Shown: in pieces, positions 18,767 through 28,754 of the stretch
Numbering within the stretch: the first letter of the stretch is position 1
Layout of the letters: each line of letters starts with the position of its first letter
NCBI GenBank assembly: GCA_965226495.1
Contig: OZ245365.1
Coordinates: 5,600,001-5,664,000, forward strand
DNA length: 64,000 nt
Direction of reading: 5' to 3'
Source of the DNA: Candidatus Marinacidobacterales bacterium
GTDB lineage: Bacteria > Acidobacteriota > Vicinamibacteria > Marinacidobacterales > DATDRI01
The notes under the pieces: generated by a model
Told to the model about the DNA's origin: nothing
Seen by the model: the letters and a program-made list of their open reading frames with translations, nothing else
Database searches by the model: none
Program-made: the position numbers and the translations under genes

Positions 18767-21421
18767 GTGTCCCACCAATCGTCTCCGGCGTCTCCTCTTG
18801 GACATAGTGGCCGGCTTCTCCTCCTCCTTGCCTTCTTCCTAAGCGGTGTCGCGGCTTTAATCTTCGAGCTTATCTGGACTCGCCTCGTTCTCCTTTCCCT
18901 CGGGGCAACGTCGGCGGCGGTGGGTGCCGTCCTCGGTGCCTTCATGGGCGGCATGGCGATCGGAAGCGCTCTTGCCGGGCGTAGTCAATTCGCTCGCCGT
19001 GACCCCATCATCACCTTTGCGTTGTTAGAAGGATGGGTGGGACTCTATGGACTCGCTTCGCCCTATGTGCTCCGTCTGGTGGGCTTCGTGCCTGCCGGGT
19101 TCCAATTTCCGCTCGCTCTCATCTTGCTGCTGCCGGCAACGATCGCAATGGGTGCGTCGCTTCCCGTCCTCTCTCGCGCGTTCGGGCAGGGCAACGATTG
19201 GCCAGCGACGGAAGTCGGGCGTCTCTATACGGTCAATACCGCGGGTGCCGTCCTCGGACCGTTACTCGCTGTGTTTGCGTTCTTTCCATTGGTCGGACTC
19301 ACGAGGACGCTCTACCTCGCAGCGGCAGCCGATCTCTTGGTGTTCGTCGGCATTTTTCTCGGACGAAAAGCCCTGTCGAGATTGTCGAGCTTTTCGAGCC
19401 TGTCGAGCATGACCGCAACGGCACCAACCGAACTCCTACCCGAACACGACCGTCCGCCGTTCATCCTTCTCGCTGCCCTCGCGGTCTCGGGAGCCTCCGC
19501 CATGGTTTACGAAGTCGCCTGGGCCCGAACGCTCTCTTTGGTCTATGGCTCATCGATCTATGGCGTCTCGATTATGCTGTCTACGTTTCTCTTCGGGATC
19601 GCCAGCGGTGCTGGTCTGGCATCCTTGCTTCTGAGAGGAAGAACGAAGCCGGTTCCCTATAGGGTCACGACGTGGCTCTTGGTCGGCTCGGCGGGCGGCG
19701 CCTTCCTGAGCTTGTTGGTGACTCGCAACCTCCCATTTATCTTTCTCAACCTGTACCGCTCGGCGCCGGACCGAGATCTCACTCTCTTCGCGACGCAGTT
19801 CGTGGTTGCGGCCGCGCTGATGCTTCCGTCAACGCTGTGCTTAGGAGCCATGTTGCCTGCGGTGATCGGCGCCATGCCCGCGTCAAAGACTGATCTAGGC
19901 CGGCGGGTTTCGTGGCTCTACACCGCGAACCTCGTCGGCTCTGCAGCCGGCGCCATCCTGGCCGCGGGCGTGTTACTGGGAAGCTTCGGCATCGAGCTGT
20001 CGGTCCGGGTCGCGTCCGTTGCGGCACTGTTCGTTGCGGCGGTGTTGGCGGTGAGCTCTGACGGAAAGCGCTCCACAGCCCCGCTGGCGGTTTCGATGGC
20101 GGCATGTTTGATCATTCTCTCTTTCGACCCGACTGGAGAGCTCTTGATCAAGAGCTTCGGTCTCTACATCGAACCGAAAAACCCTTCGCGCGATGCTTCT
20201 TCACTCCGTGAGCTGGTCAATTCACACCGGCTTCTGTACTACCGTGATGGTCCTACCGCTACGGTCGCGGTGCAGAAGGTGGACCGCTTTCTACTTCTCA
20301 AGATCAACGGCAAGACCGACGCGTCAAACGGTCCAGGAGACATTACCACCCAACTGTTACTCGGACACCTTCCTTTCATGGTCTCCGACGCGAACCGGGT
20401 CGCCGTCATCGGTTGGGGAAGCGGCATGACCGCGGGAGCCGTCCTGACTCATCCGGTCGAGTCGGTGGATGCCTTCGAGATCGAGCCCGCGGTGATCGAG
20501 GGCTCCCGATATTTCGAACCTTCCAAGTACTTCAAGCCCGGCAACGGGCGTCCTTTGGACGACAAACGCCTCAACTTAATCATGGGAGATGCGCGCAGCA
20601 GGCTACAGCGGTCTTCAACAATCTACGATCTGATCATCTCCGAGCCCTCGAACCCTTGGATCACGGGAGTTTCCAATCTCTTCACTCAGGATTTCTTCGA
20701 GATCGCCTCCTCGAAATTGAAAGCCGATGGAATACTGTGCCAGTGGTTTCACCTCTACGGTATGTCGGAAGAATCCACACGGTCGCTGCTAGCCACGTTT
20801 CGTAGCGTGTTCCCACACACTTTGGTTTTCAAGGATCGTGATCTCATTCTTCTCGGCTCTAGGAACCCGATTCGTTTTTCCATGTCGCGTATGCGTGATC
20901 TCTTCGCGAAGAAGGCCACTAGGGACAGTCTTGCGCGCGCTGAGATCAACTACCCAACCGACGTCCTGGCGGCGCTCCGTCTGGACGAGGGCGGCGTCGA
21001 GGAGTTCTCTCGGAATGCACTCTTCAACACCGATGACAATCTGCGGCTCGAGCTTGCGGCGCCGCGGAGCCTCTACCGCGATCGAACCGAGGCGATCCGC
21101 GCGGAATTGAATCGTTACCCTCCTTCCGCAATAGACGTGCTTTCCGATTACGATTCGGAAGTCGACGTCCTGCTCGAGCTGGCCGCCTCGTATTTCACCG
21201 ACGGGAGGAAAGATCAAGCACTCGAGGTCTGCGAACGCGCGCTGGCGATCCGCGACTCCTTCGAGGGACAGAAACTACGGGGTCAGACACTGCAGAGCAT
21301 GGGACGGACCGACGAGGCCCGGCGGGCATTGCAGAAGGCCTTGCGTCACGAAGACGGGGACGCGCAGGGGAGGAAGTTCGTCCAAGCTCTCTTACGTTCC
21401 CTAGACACGACTTCCGAATAG
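18767..21421 (+). CDS. Fused MFS-like membrane/spermidine synthase protein with C-terminal TPR
   Basis: FFLSGVAALIFELIWTR, LYTVNTAGAVLG, NGKTDAS, VIGWGSGMT, EIEPAV, DLIISEPSNPW; TPR-like tail. Confidence 0.9.
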   Translation: MSHQSSPASPLGHSGRLLLLLAFFLSGVAALIFELIWTRLVLLSLGATSAAVGAVLGAFMGGMAIGSALAGRSQFARRDPIITFALLEGWVGLYGLASPYVLRLVGFVPAGFQFPLALILLLPATIAMGASLPVLSRAFGQGNDWPATEVGRLYTVNTAGAVLGPLLAVFAFFPLVGLTRTLYLAAAADLLVFVGIFLGRKALSRLSSFSSLSSMTATAPTELLPEHDRPPFILLAALAVSGASAMVYEVAWARTLSLVYGSSIYGVSIMLSTFLFGIASGAGLASLLLRGRTKPVPYRVTTWLLVGSAGGAFLSLLVTRNLPFIFLNLYRSAPDRDLTLFATQFVVAAALMLPSTLCLGAMLPAVIGAMPASKTDLGRRVSWLYTANLVGSAAGAILAAGVLLGSFGIELSVRVASVAALFVAAVLAVSSDGKRSTAPLAVSMAACLIILSFDPTGELLIKSFGLYIEPKNPSRDASSLRELVNSHRLLYYRDGPTATVAVQKVDRFLLLKINGKTDASNGPGDITTQLLLGHLPFMVSDANRVAVIGWGSGMTAGAVLTHPVESVDAFEIEPAVIEGSRYFEPSKYFKPGNGRPLDDKRLNLIMGDARSRLQRSSTIYDLIISEPSNPWITGVSNLFTQDFFEIASSKLKADGILCQWFHLYGMSEESTRSLLATFRSVFPHTLVFKDRDLILLGSRNPIRFSMSRMRDLFAKKATRDSLARAEINYPTDVLAALRLDEGGVEEFSRNALFNTDDNLRLELAAPRSLYRDRTEAIRAELNRYPPSAIDVLSDYDSEVDVLLELAASYFTDGRKDQALEVCERALAIRDSFEGQKLRGQTLQSMGRTDEARRALQKALRHEDGDAQGRKFVQALLRSLDTTSE

Positions 21422-21429
21422 GACGACTT

Positions 21430-21484
21430 CCGACAAACAACCGGACACGCCGGACGCACCGGACAACGTCGGACGCGCCAGACA
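21430..21484 (+). repeat. Short intergenic 9-bp imperfect tandem repeat (ccggacNNN)
   Basis: ccggacacg ccggacgca ccggacaac gtcggacgc gccagacaa. Confidence 0.5.
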
Positions 21485-21487
21485 AGG

Positions 21488-22636
21488 ATGATGAGAACTT
21501 TCTGCTGGCTGATCACTCTGGCGTTTTTTGTGCAGGGAGATCAAGATCTCACGATTCGCAGCCGATGGATCTTTGGAAGCAAAGGCCAGCCTCACGACTA
21601 CTCTTGTGATGCGCTCCGCTTTGGCCTCCAGCCATCTGGGCTCGCGTGGGATGGCGAGCTCCTCTGGGTGGTGAGCGACCAGAGCTCGAGCTGTCCGGGA
21701 TGCCTCTTTTCCCTCAGTCCAGGCTCAGAAGGATCCAATCAAGACCCCCTGCTCCTCGAAGAAGATGGGCTTCCTGTCGTGCACCAAGGTCGGGCGCTCG
21801 TCGTCGACGCCGAGGGGATCGCTCTGTTGGACGATTCCCCCGGGGATAAAGACGAGCTCGTTTTCGCAGTGGTCATGGAGGACGGTTTCGAACGGCACCT
21901 CGGCTGGGCAACCGACGACCGAAGCCCCGGTGCGGCGTTGGTGATCCGAGTGAACCGGGTTTCGCGAGCAGCAACCGTGTCCGCGATCTGGCGGTTCGAG
22001 CTCCCGGCGGAGAAGACGGTCCGTCCCTACAAGGGAGATAGGAACCGACGGTTCGAAGGCATTGCAGTCGACCGAAGCTCGGGGCGAGGTTACTTGGCCT
22101 ATGAGCAAGACGAGAACGGATCGCCCCGCCTCTTCACGTTCGAGCTCCCGACGAGCCAGCCTTCTCCGGGCACGGAAGAGCTTTCGGTCTTGCTCGAAGA
22201 GGTGAGTTTCGACATCGATTCCATCACTCTTGGAGCGCCGGGTCTCGCAAAAAACTTCAACGACCTCGCCTTTCAGTCGCCAAATCGACTTCTCGTTCTG
22301 TGTCGTGATCGCGAGTTGCTATTAGTCTTGGACCTCATCGATCCGAAGACCGCCAGGCTCGCGTCCCAAATGCCCTTGGACCTGCGCTCTCCTTTGAATC
22401 AAGCGATCGAGTGGACGAGCCCGGAAGGGATCGCCGTCGCCGAGGAAACGAACACCTTCTTCATCGTCAGCGATCCGGATCCGAGGTGCGGCGGAAATTG
22501 GAAAGCGGCGGCGGCGAGTGAGCTCGATACGCGGCAACGACTGGCTGAAGCGTATCTCTTTTCCCAGTTCGTGCCGCTTCTGTTCGAGCTCGAGCTATCT
22601 GCGCTGGGCGAGAATTTCCCTGTAAAGGTCCAATAG
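21488..22636 (+). CDS. Secreted beta-propeller protein (SdiA-regulated/esterase-like phytase type)
   Basis: Signal peptide; repeated PSGLAWD..LWVVSD, DAEGIAL, FEGIAVD and PEGIAV...FFIVSD. Confidence 0.6.
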   Translation: MMRTFCWLITLAFFVQGDQDLTIRSRWIFGSKGQPHDYSCDALRFGLQPSGLAWDGELLWVVSDQSSSCPGCLFSLSPGSEGSNQDPLLLEEDGLPVVHQGRALVVDAEGIALLDDSPGDKDELVFAVVMEDGFERHLGWATDDRSPGAALVIRVNRVSRAATVSAIWRFELPAEKTVRPYKGDRNRRFEGIAVDRSSGRGYLAYEQDENGSPRLFTFELPTSQPSPGTEELSVLLEEVSFDIDSITLGAPGLAKNFNDLAFQSPNRLLVLCRDRELLLVLDLIDPKTARLASQMPLDLRSPLNQAIEWTSPEGIAVAEETNTFFIVSDPDPRCGGNWKAAAASELDTRQRLAEAYLFSQFVPLLFELELSALGENFPVKVQ

Positions 22637-23803
22637 ACTCGCGATTCTTTCCGACCAACTGAAGTCGGATTCCACGCGGAGCCTTCCCGCCTTCCCGAAC
22701 GAAACCAATCCCTCCCCAAGAGACAGGGCACGAACCACTGCCTCCCCCAACGCCTCGACCTCGCCAGGCGGAACGAGAAAACCGCTCTTACCTTCTTTGA
22801 CCTTGTCCGGGATGCCACCCGCGGTGGTCGCCACCACCGGTTTTCCGTGCGCCATGGCCTCGAGAGTCACTAAGGAGCTTCCTTCAAACAGCGTCGGATG
22901 AACGAAGAGGTCCGCACGTTCGTAGAGGGCCGAGAGCTCTTCGTCGGAGACTCGTCCAGCAAAACGGGTGCGATCGGTAAGCCCCTGTTTTTCGATCCGT
23001 CCTCGCAAACCGGATTCGGTCGGGCCCGAGCCGACTAGGACCCAGATCCAATCATCCGGGAGTCTTTCTCTGACACGCGCCAAGGCATCCGCGAGCACCG
23101 AGAATCCTTTGTTGGACTCGAGCCGCCCAACCGAGAGCAAAACGGTCATGGAGGGTTTGAGACCCAAACGCCGGTAAAGTGCCTCGATCGTCTCGTGTGA
23201 GGCCGGACGATCGATTTCCTGTAGGTCGACCGGTGTCGGCAGGATGGCTGCCTGAGCAGGATCGATACCAAGGTACCCGCGAACTTCCTCCATCATCACG
23301 CGGTCCGGCACGATCACTCTCTCGGCACGGCGGGCCGCATAGCGCGCACCTGCCCGTAAAGGGAAATATCCGACTCGTTTCAGCCCGCTAGCCTTGAACT
23401 CTTCCATGCCCACCGGATGTACCACCATGGGCGGATCGTTGCTTCTTCGCGAGAACGCGTAGCCGAAACCGGCCGCTCCTTCCACCTGAACAATGTCAGG
23501 CATCCTTGCCGGATCGGCCATCAGGCGGCGCGCCACGCGAACACTCCACGCCAGATAGTTGGTGCTCCGATCCGCGATCACGAAACCGGATCGGCGAGGC
23601 CAAGGAACGATTCGGTAAGGTACGAACCGGACCTGCGCGCCCTCGAGAAGTTTTTCTCCTTTCGAAGACGTACTTGGTGACGTATAGAGCGTCACATCCG
23701 CGCCGTTGCGGACCAAATGCCGAACCATCGCGCCCACGTGCCGTTCGAATCCTCCCACCCCATGAAGAGGGTGAGCGACGCGAGAGATGATGGCGACTTT
23801 CAT
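22595..23803 (-). CDS. Glycosyltransferase family 4
   Basis: GGFERHV, SVGRLESNKG, DLFVHPTLFEGSSLVTLEAMAHGKPVV. Confidence 0.92.
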   Translation of the reverse strand: MKVAIISRVAHPLHGVGGFERHVGAMVRHLVRNGADVTLYTSPSTSSKGEKLLEGAQVRFVPYRIVPWPRRSGFVIADRSTNYLAWSVRVARRLMADPARMPDIVQVEGAAGFGYAFSRRSNDPPMVVHPVGMEEFKASGLKRVGYFPLRAGARYAARRAERVIVPDRVMMEEVRGYLGIDPAQAAILPTPVDLQEIDRPASHETIEALYRRLGLKPSMTVLLSVGRLESNKGFSVLADALARVRERLPDDWIWVLVGSGPTESGLRGRIEKQGLTDRTRFAGRVSDEELSALYERADLFVHPTLFEGSSLVTLEAMAHGKPVVATTAGGIPDKVKEGKSGFLVPPGEVEALGEAVVRALSLGEGLVSFGKAGRLRVESDFSWSERIASLLDLYREILAQRR

Positions 23804-25002
23804 CGATCGTCGATGACCCGACGGTAAAGCTCTTCGAGGCGAGGAAGAACGATTTTCTCGGAGAACCGCTCCCGCGCCCTATGGGCCGCTCCCTCGCGCA
23901 GGCGCGCAGCGAGGCCGGGGTCGTCGAGAACGCGATGGAGCGCGCCGGCCAGTTCGGAAACCGTGTGGCCCAGGAGTCCGCTCTCTTGGTCAACGACGAT
24001 TTCGCGGCTGCCTCCAGTAGGCTCCAGGATCAGAACCGCGCCGACACCGAGACCCTCGAGCAACACGCGCGAAAGGGGCTCCTCCCATCTGGACGGGAAG
24101 AGGACGGCGGTTGCCCGTTTCATGAGCAGAAGAACCATGTCCTCGCTCACCCAGCCGAGAAAACGCGCGTCGACCCCTAATCTCTTCGCTTCTTCATGCA
24201 AAGAGCGGTCGAGGCGACCGCTCCCGGCGATCAGTAGAGGCAATTTCACACCAGACTCGTGCATGATCGAGAGAGCACGATCCGGCGCCTTATTCGGCTC
24301 CAGCTTGCCAACGAAGAGCACGAATTCCTCCGGAAGCATGGGCGATGACTTCGCGAGCGATTGCTCCACCATCTCGAGGTCGATCACATTCGGAATCACG
24401 GACGCGTTTTCCAGCGGAAGCAGCGTCTGCACGTGAACGCTCACCGCAACCACGGCAGCCGCCTTTCGGAGGGTCTCCTGTCGTCGAGCGATCTCGGTGC
24501 CCACTTTGGTAGGAAGCAAGGGTGCCACCGGCCAGAGAAGTGGATAGCGTCGTCCGACACAGACGACCCGCTTGGCGTAGCTGCAACCCGGACAGCGGTC
24601 TCCACCGGAAAGCATCGTGGACCAGATGCACACCGGCCAATAGTCGCGTACGGTGACGACGACGGGTAAGCCGGTTTTGCGGCTAGCGCGGACCGTCGCA
24701 CCCGCAGAGAGCCAGTGCTGCGCATGTGCTAGATCGAATCGTTCATCCCACCCTTCCAAGAAGGAAGCCAATCGGGCCTCCCGGCGGGAAGCACTCCCGA
24801 ATGTTGCCGTTCCCACACCGACCTCGATGACCTTCGTTCCATGCCATTCTTTCTCTTCCTTCCTCAGGCGATCCCATGGTTGGCTGACCACGACCGTCAC
24901 GTCATGCCCTCGACGAGCAAGCGCCCGTGTCAGTACCGCTGTGGACTGACCGCTTCCTCCCGCTCCAGGAGGAAATGCGTCGGTTGTGATGAGGATCTTC
25001 AC
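23800..25002 (-). CDS. Glycosyltransferase family 4
   Basis: GTG start overlapping the upstream TGA; FPPGAGGSG, FVGKLEPNK, FPSRWEEPLSRVLLEG. Confidence 0.9.
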   Translation of the reverse strand: MKILITTDAFPPGAGGSGQSTAVLTRALARRGHDVTVVVSQPWDRLRKEEKEWHGTKVIEVGVGTATFGSASRREARLASFLEGWDERFDLAHAQHWLSAGATVRASRKTGLPVVVTVRDYWPVCIWSTMLSGGDRCPGCSYAKRVVCVGRRYPLLWPVAPLLPTKVGTEIARRQETLRKAAAVVAVSVHVQTLLPLENASVIPNVIDLEMVEQSLAKSSPMLPEEFVLFVGKLEPNKAPDRALSIMHESGVKLPLLIAGSGRLDRSLHEEAKRLGVDARFLGWVSEDMVLLLMKRATAVLFPSRWEEPLSRVLLEGLGVGAVLILEPTGGSREIVVDQESGLLGHTVSELAGALHRVLDDPGLAARLREGAAHRARERFSEKIVLPRLEELYRRVIDDR

Positions 25003-26180
25003 GCCCCGGCGCCCTCGGCAACTCCTGCGAGGACGCGCTCGAGCGCTTCGCAATGCACCTGCCAACTGTAGAGGGAAACGATCCGCTGCCGCGCTGACTG
25101 ACCCATGGCCCTGGCGCGCTCGGGCGAGCTCACCAGTTCGGCGATCGCCTCGGCAAGGCGCTCGGTGTGGTTTTCCGGGAACAGTAGGCCCTCCAGTCCC
25201 GGCCGTACGATCTCTCGCAACGGCTCGATGTCGAGCGTTACCACCGGAAGCCCGCTGGCCATGTACTCGAATATTTTGAGCGGCGACCAGTAAAACCCGA
25301 GCTGAAGTTGTCCGTGAAGGGACGGTTGATAGGGAGCGACGCCGACGTGGGCACGCGCCAGGTAACGAGGCATCTCTTCATACGGCACCGCGCCGGTACA
25401 GTGAATGCGAGACGACACTCCGAGCTCCTCGACATGCTGTTTTACTCTAGCAAGCATCGGCCCCGCGCCAAGTAGTAAGAAGAACGCGTTGGGGGCGCGT
25501 TCGAGGACTCTTGCCGCGGCTCTCACCAAGAGCTCCGCTCCGTGCCACGGACGAAAGCTACTCGAAAAAACGACCACGCTAGCGTCACCCGGGATAGGGA
25601 GCTCCTTGGCCGAACCGGAGACCGTCACACCGGGGTGGAAGATGTCCACGTTCGCTCCCCAATGAACCGGATGGATTTTCTCTCGAGGCACCGATCGTGG
25701 GATGATCGTAGGAAGAGGAGTCACGAGTGCCGAAGCCTTCTGACATAGATCTTCCCGCAGGGCTTTCATAGAACTGAAGAGCACGAAACGGTCGAGCCAT
25801 GACTTGAATGAGCCCGGGTGATCCATGACCGGAGAGTTCACTTCGAGCACCGACGGCACACTGCGACGATATGCCGCCCGAACACCCTCGCCGCCGAAGT
25901 TGTAATACCGCTCCAAGACAACCTCGATCCCAAATCGATCGATCAGCTGTCCGACCATTTTCTCCGTGGTCCAGCGGAAGAAACGATGAGGCAAGAACGG
26001 TCGTGCCAGATGAAGCGTGAACTCCGATTTAGCACTAGGGGACGATCGGTCGCCCGGTCGAGCCACGACATGCACCTCGTGACCCCGACTGGCCAGCCCG
26101 CGTGCTACCTCCAACACATGGACCGATCCACCGGTCGATCCAGGAATCGATTGGTCCGTGGCCACGTAGAGAAGTTTCAC
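24999..26180 (-). CDS. Glycosyltransferase family 4
   Basis: GGSVHV, FRPWHG, SPLKIFEYMASGLPVV. Confidence 0.92.
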   Translation of the reverse strand: MKLLYVATDQSIPGSTGGSVHVLEVARGLASRGHEVHVVARPGDRSSPSAKSEFTLHLARPFLPHRFFRWTTEKMVGQLIDRFGIEVVLERYYNFGGEGVRAAYRRSVPSVLEVNSPVMDHPGSFKSWLDRFVLFSSMKALREDLCQKASALVTPLPTIIPRSVPREKIHPVHWGANVDIFHPGVTVSGSAKELPIPGDASVVVFSSSFRPWHGAELLVRAAARVLERAPNAFFLLLGAGPMLARVKQHVEELGVSSRIHCTGAVPYEEMPRYLARAHVGVAPYQPSLHGQLQLGFYWSPLKIFEYMASGLPVVTLDIEPLREIVRPGLEGLLFPENHTERLAEAIAELVSSPERARAMGQSARQRIVSLYSWQVHCEALERVLAGVAEGAGA

Positions 26181-26192
26181 AATTTCACAATT

Positions 26193-27371
26193 TCAAAGGG
26201 CACGGACAAGCAGAAAGAAAGGACCGGTGCGGACCCGCCCAAAAAGAGCAACATCGAGCCTAAGCAGTGCAGTCGCCAAGGCGAGGGGCGCGTGGGTCCA
26301 ACGTCCCACGTTCGGCCTCTCTCCGCTCGTCTCGTCCGCCTCGCCCATGCTACCGGATGACGGTCCTCTCGCTTTCTGACCGCGCCGCCACAGGTTGTGC
26401 TCCACGAGCGGAAGGAAGAGATCTTCGATCACGGCCTTCATCACGACGTTGTAGTATTGGATACTCTCGATACGAAACCCGGACTCGGCAAGGAGGCTCT
26501 CGAGCTGCTCGTAGCTCTTGAGCGCGTTCACGTGATCGGACTTCCGGTCGCGCTCCGGCTTATTGTCCACCAGCCCACGTTGGTCGAGCCACGCGACGAG
26601 ACGATTCACCCCGCGCTGAAACCCAGCCAGGCGCGAGCTCATCATGACGTGAGAGTAGACGAAAAAGAGACCGCCGGGACGTAGAATGCGACGCGTCTCG
26701 GCGAGCATGGCGCGCACGCCGTCCTCCGGCAAGTGCTCCATCACGTCGAGCGAGTAAGCTTTGTCGAAGCTACCGGTGGCGAATGGCAGGCGGCGAATGT
26801 CTCCGCGCGTTAGATCGACCGTGGCCGCCGCTTCAGCGGCGAAGTGCTCTCCCGCATCGATCCCTACCACCTGCGCGCAGCTCGCTCTCTTGAAGAACAC
26901 GACACGACCGTTCCCGCAACCGACATCGACCACGCGGTCCTTCGTCGAAAGTCGGAGCATGCGGGTCATCATATCGGTCTTGATGCGGGCAGACAGAAAG
27001 AGCGGGCGCAGCGGTCCGGGACGATGATGAAACTCTTCTTCGGCATACTGCGTGAGATCCGAAAAGGTCCCCTCCGGCGGCCGCATATCGAGGAAGCCTT
27101 TTTCTTTCGAGAAGGGATACAAGGAGCCGCAACACGCGCAACGCCCGCCGCCCTCTTCGAGTGTCAGGTTCCTCTTCGACACGATACCGTCGGGACATTT
27201 CCAGACCGCAGGATAGTGCGCCAAACATAGAGCGTGGTCAGGCACTTCAAGGACTCGTAAAGCCTCTACCGCCTCGCGGCACGAGCCCCCCATATCGGAT
27301 GACGTGGTGTGTGACGACGCCTCGATGCAAACCGGGCATCGCGCCACCGAGAGTAGGTACTCTGAGATCAT
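26193..27371 (-). CDS. Class I SAM-dependent methyltransferase with Cys-rich Trm112-like N-terminus
   Basis: VVDVGCGNG, GDIRRLPFATGSFD, DVMEHL, RILRPGG; N-terminal CPVC...CACC. Confidence 0.88.
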   Translation of the reverse strand: MISEYLLSVARCPVCIEASSHTTSSDMGGSCREAVEALRVLEVPDHALCLAHYPAVWKCPDGIVSKRNLTLEEGGGRCACCGSLYPFSKEKGFLDMRPPEGTFSDLTQYAEEEFHHRPGPLRPLFLSARIKTDMMTRMLRLSTKDRVVDVGCGNGRVVFFKRASCAQVVGIDAGEHFAAEAAATVDLTRGDIRRLPFATGSFDKAYSLDVMEHLPEDGVRAMLAETRRILRPGGLFFVYSHVMMSSRLAGFQRGVNRLVAWLDQRGLVDNKPERDRKSDHVNALKSYEQLESLLAESGFRIESIQYYNVVMKAVIEDLFLPLVEHNLWRRGQKARGPSSGSMGEADETSGERPNVGRWTHAPLALATALLRLDVALFGRVRTGPFFLLVRAL

Positions 27372-28738
27372 GGCTCTTCCCGCCCACCGCCGGAGAGCTC
27401 TTCCCGCTCCGTGAAGTACCGACCGATTACCGAGACGATGCGGGCGGGCACTTCGTAGACATGGTTATGGAGTACTTCTCTCCAAACGATACGGTCACGA
27501 TTCATTAGCCCGAGTCCAAACTGAATCATCAGCGAGAGGTTCCACACGATGAACAGTCCCACCGCGGCATAGGTGCCAGCTCGCCTGAGAAAAGGACGGA
27601 GAGACTCCATCACGAGCGCACCCCAAACCGCGAAGATGACCGTCGTAGCGACGAAACGGCGGGCGCCGAAAGCTCCCGCCATAGTCCAGGAATCCACCGC
27701 TCCCGAGATGTAAACCTGCGACAGGAAGCTCACCGCAAGCACGAGGCCCGCGCCCACTTCGCGTCGAAAAAGGAGCACCGCCCCCGCGAAAAAAAGCACC
27801 AGCAACGGGCTCCAAAACAAAAGGCCGTGCTCGGTCGAGAACAGCACCTCGAAGAAATGCGGCGAGCTCCAATACATCTTGTTTGCAACGTGCGGCGATG
27901 GAGCGGGACGACCATAAAGGACCTGGTACACGAGTAGCTGCGGCAAGAAAACGAGAAACGCAGAGGCACCGAACGCCAAGACCCTCTTTGCACGGCCAGA
28001 TAAATCCGTCTCGAGGCCCGGCGACAGTGCCGCTACCAACGCTGACACCGCGAACAAACCGTCCTGCTCGCGAACCAATGCCATGAGTCCGGCCGAAACA
28101 CCCCAAAGTGCCCACCGTCCTAACGAACCCTCCGTTGCCCACGGCCATAGGACGAAGAAAAGTGCGACCGCAAAGAGCGACGCCGCATGGCTCATGCCCG
28201 GAGCGATGTACATGTAGAATGCCACGGGAGTCGCCCACCACAATCCCACCACTGCCAGGAAACAAGCTTCCGCATCCGCGTAGCGACGTGCCAACCGGAA
28301 GGAAAGGAGGAGACCTATCGAACCATAGATCGCCGACGCCAATGTCACCGCCCATCGATAAGGACGTGAAAGACCATCGGGCTCGGCCTCGACGCCGAAC
28401 GTGTGTGCCACCGAGGTCCCCACATGAGCCACCAGATAGAACGGCGCCCAAAGCAATGCCGTGCCGATGGGCCCGAAATTGTTTTTGAGCCCGGTGGGGG
28501 TTTCTCGATCGAGAAACGTCTCCTTGAAACCTTCGCGACCTTCGGGATCCTCTAGATAGAAGTATGTGTACTCGTTCGTGAAATCGAGATCCTGATCGAA
28601 GAGGATCGAATGCAGGTAGGAGAAATACTCCACCGCGTCCGATTCCGCGATGCGGGGTGTTACCAGCACCAACGATGCCAGCAGCAAGAGAGCCAGCAGG
28701 ATCTCGGCTTTTTCTTGGAAGGGTCCGAAGGACTTCAA
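27368..28738 (-). CDS. GT-C fold membrane glycosyltransferase (ArnT/PMT-like)
   Basis: SDAVEYFSYLHS..FDQDLDFTNE, GTALLWAPF, MSHA, LFSTEHGLLFWSP, FGARRF; polytopic. Confidence 0.7.
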   Translation of the reverse strand: MKSFGPFQEKAEILLALLLLASLVLVTPRIAESDAVEYFSYLHSILFDQDLDFTNEYTYFYLEDPEGREGFKETFLDRETPTGLKNNFGPIGTALLWAPFYLVAHVGTSVAHTFGVEAEPDGLSRPYRWAVTLASAIYGSIGLLLSFRLARRYADAEACFLAVVGLWWATPVAFYMYIAPGMSHAASLFAVALFFVLWPWATEGSLGRWALWGVSAGLMALVREQDGLFAVSALVAALSPGLETDLSGRAKRVLAFGASAFLVFLPQLLVYQVLYGRPAPSPHVANKMYWSSPHFFEVLFSTEHGLLFWSPLLVLFFAGAVLLFRREVGAGLVLAVSFLSQVYISGAVDSWTMAGAFGARRFVATTVIFAVWGALVMESLRPFLRRAGTYAAVGLFIVWNLSLMIQFGLGLMNRDRIVWREVLHNHVYEVPARIVSVIGRYFTEREELSGGGREEP

Positions 28739-28754
28739 GACTCGTGTTTGAACC

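Noticed and set aside
19372-19410. 9-bp repeat (LSRLSSFSSLSS) in the spermidine-synthase fusion
   Set aside because: It is a short low-complexity in-frame linker with no sign of function.
22595-22636. Convergent 3' gene overlap
   Set aside because: Short convergent overlaps are common in compact GC-rich genomes.
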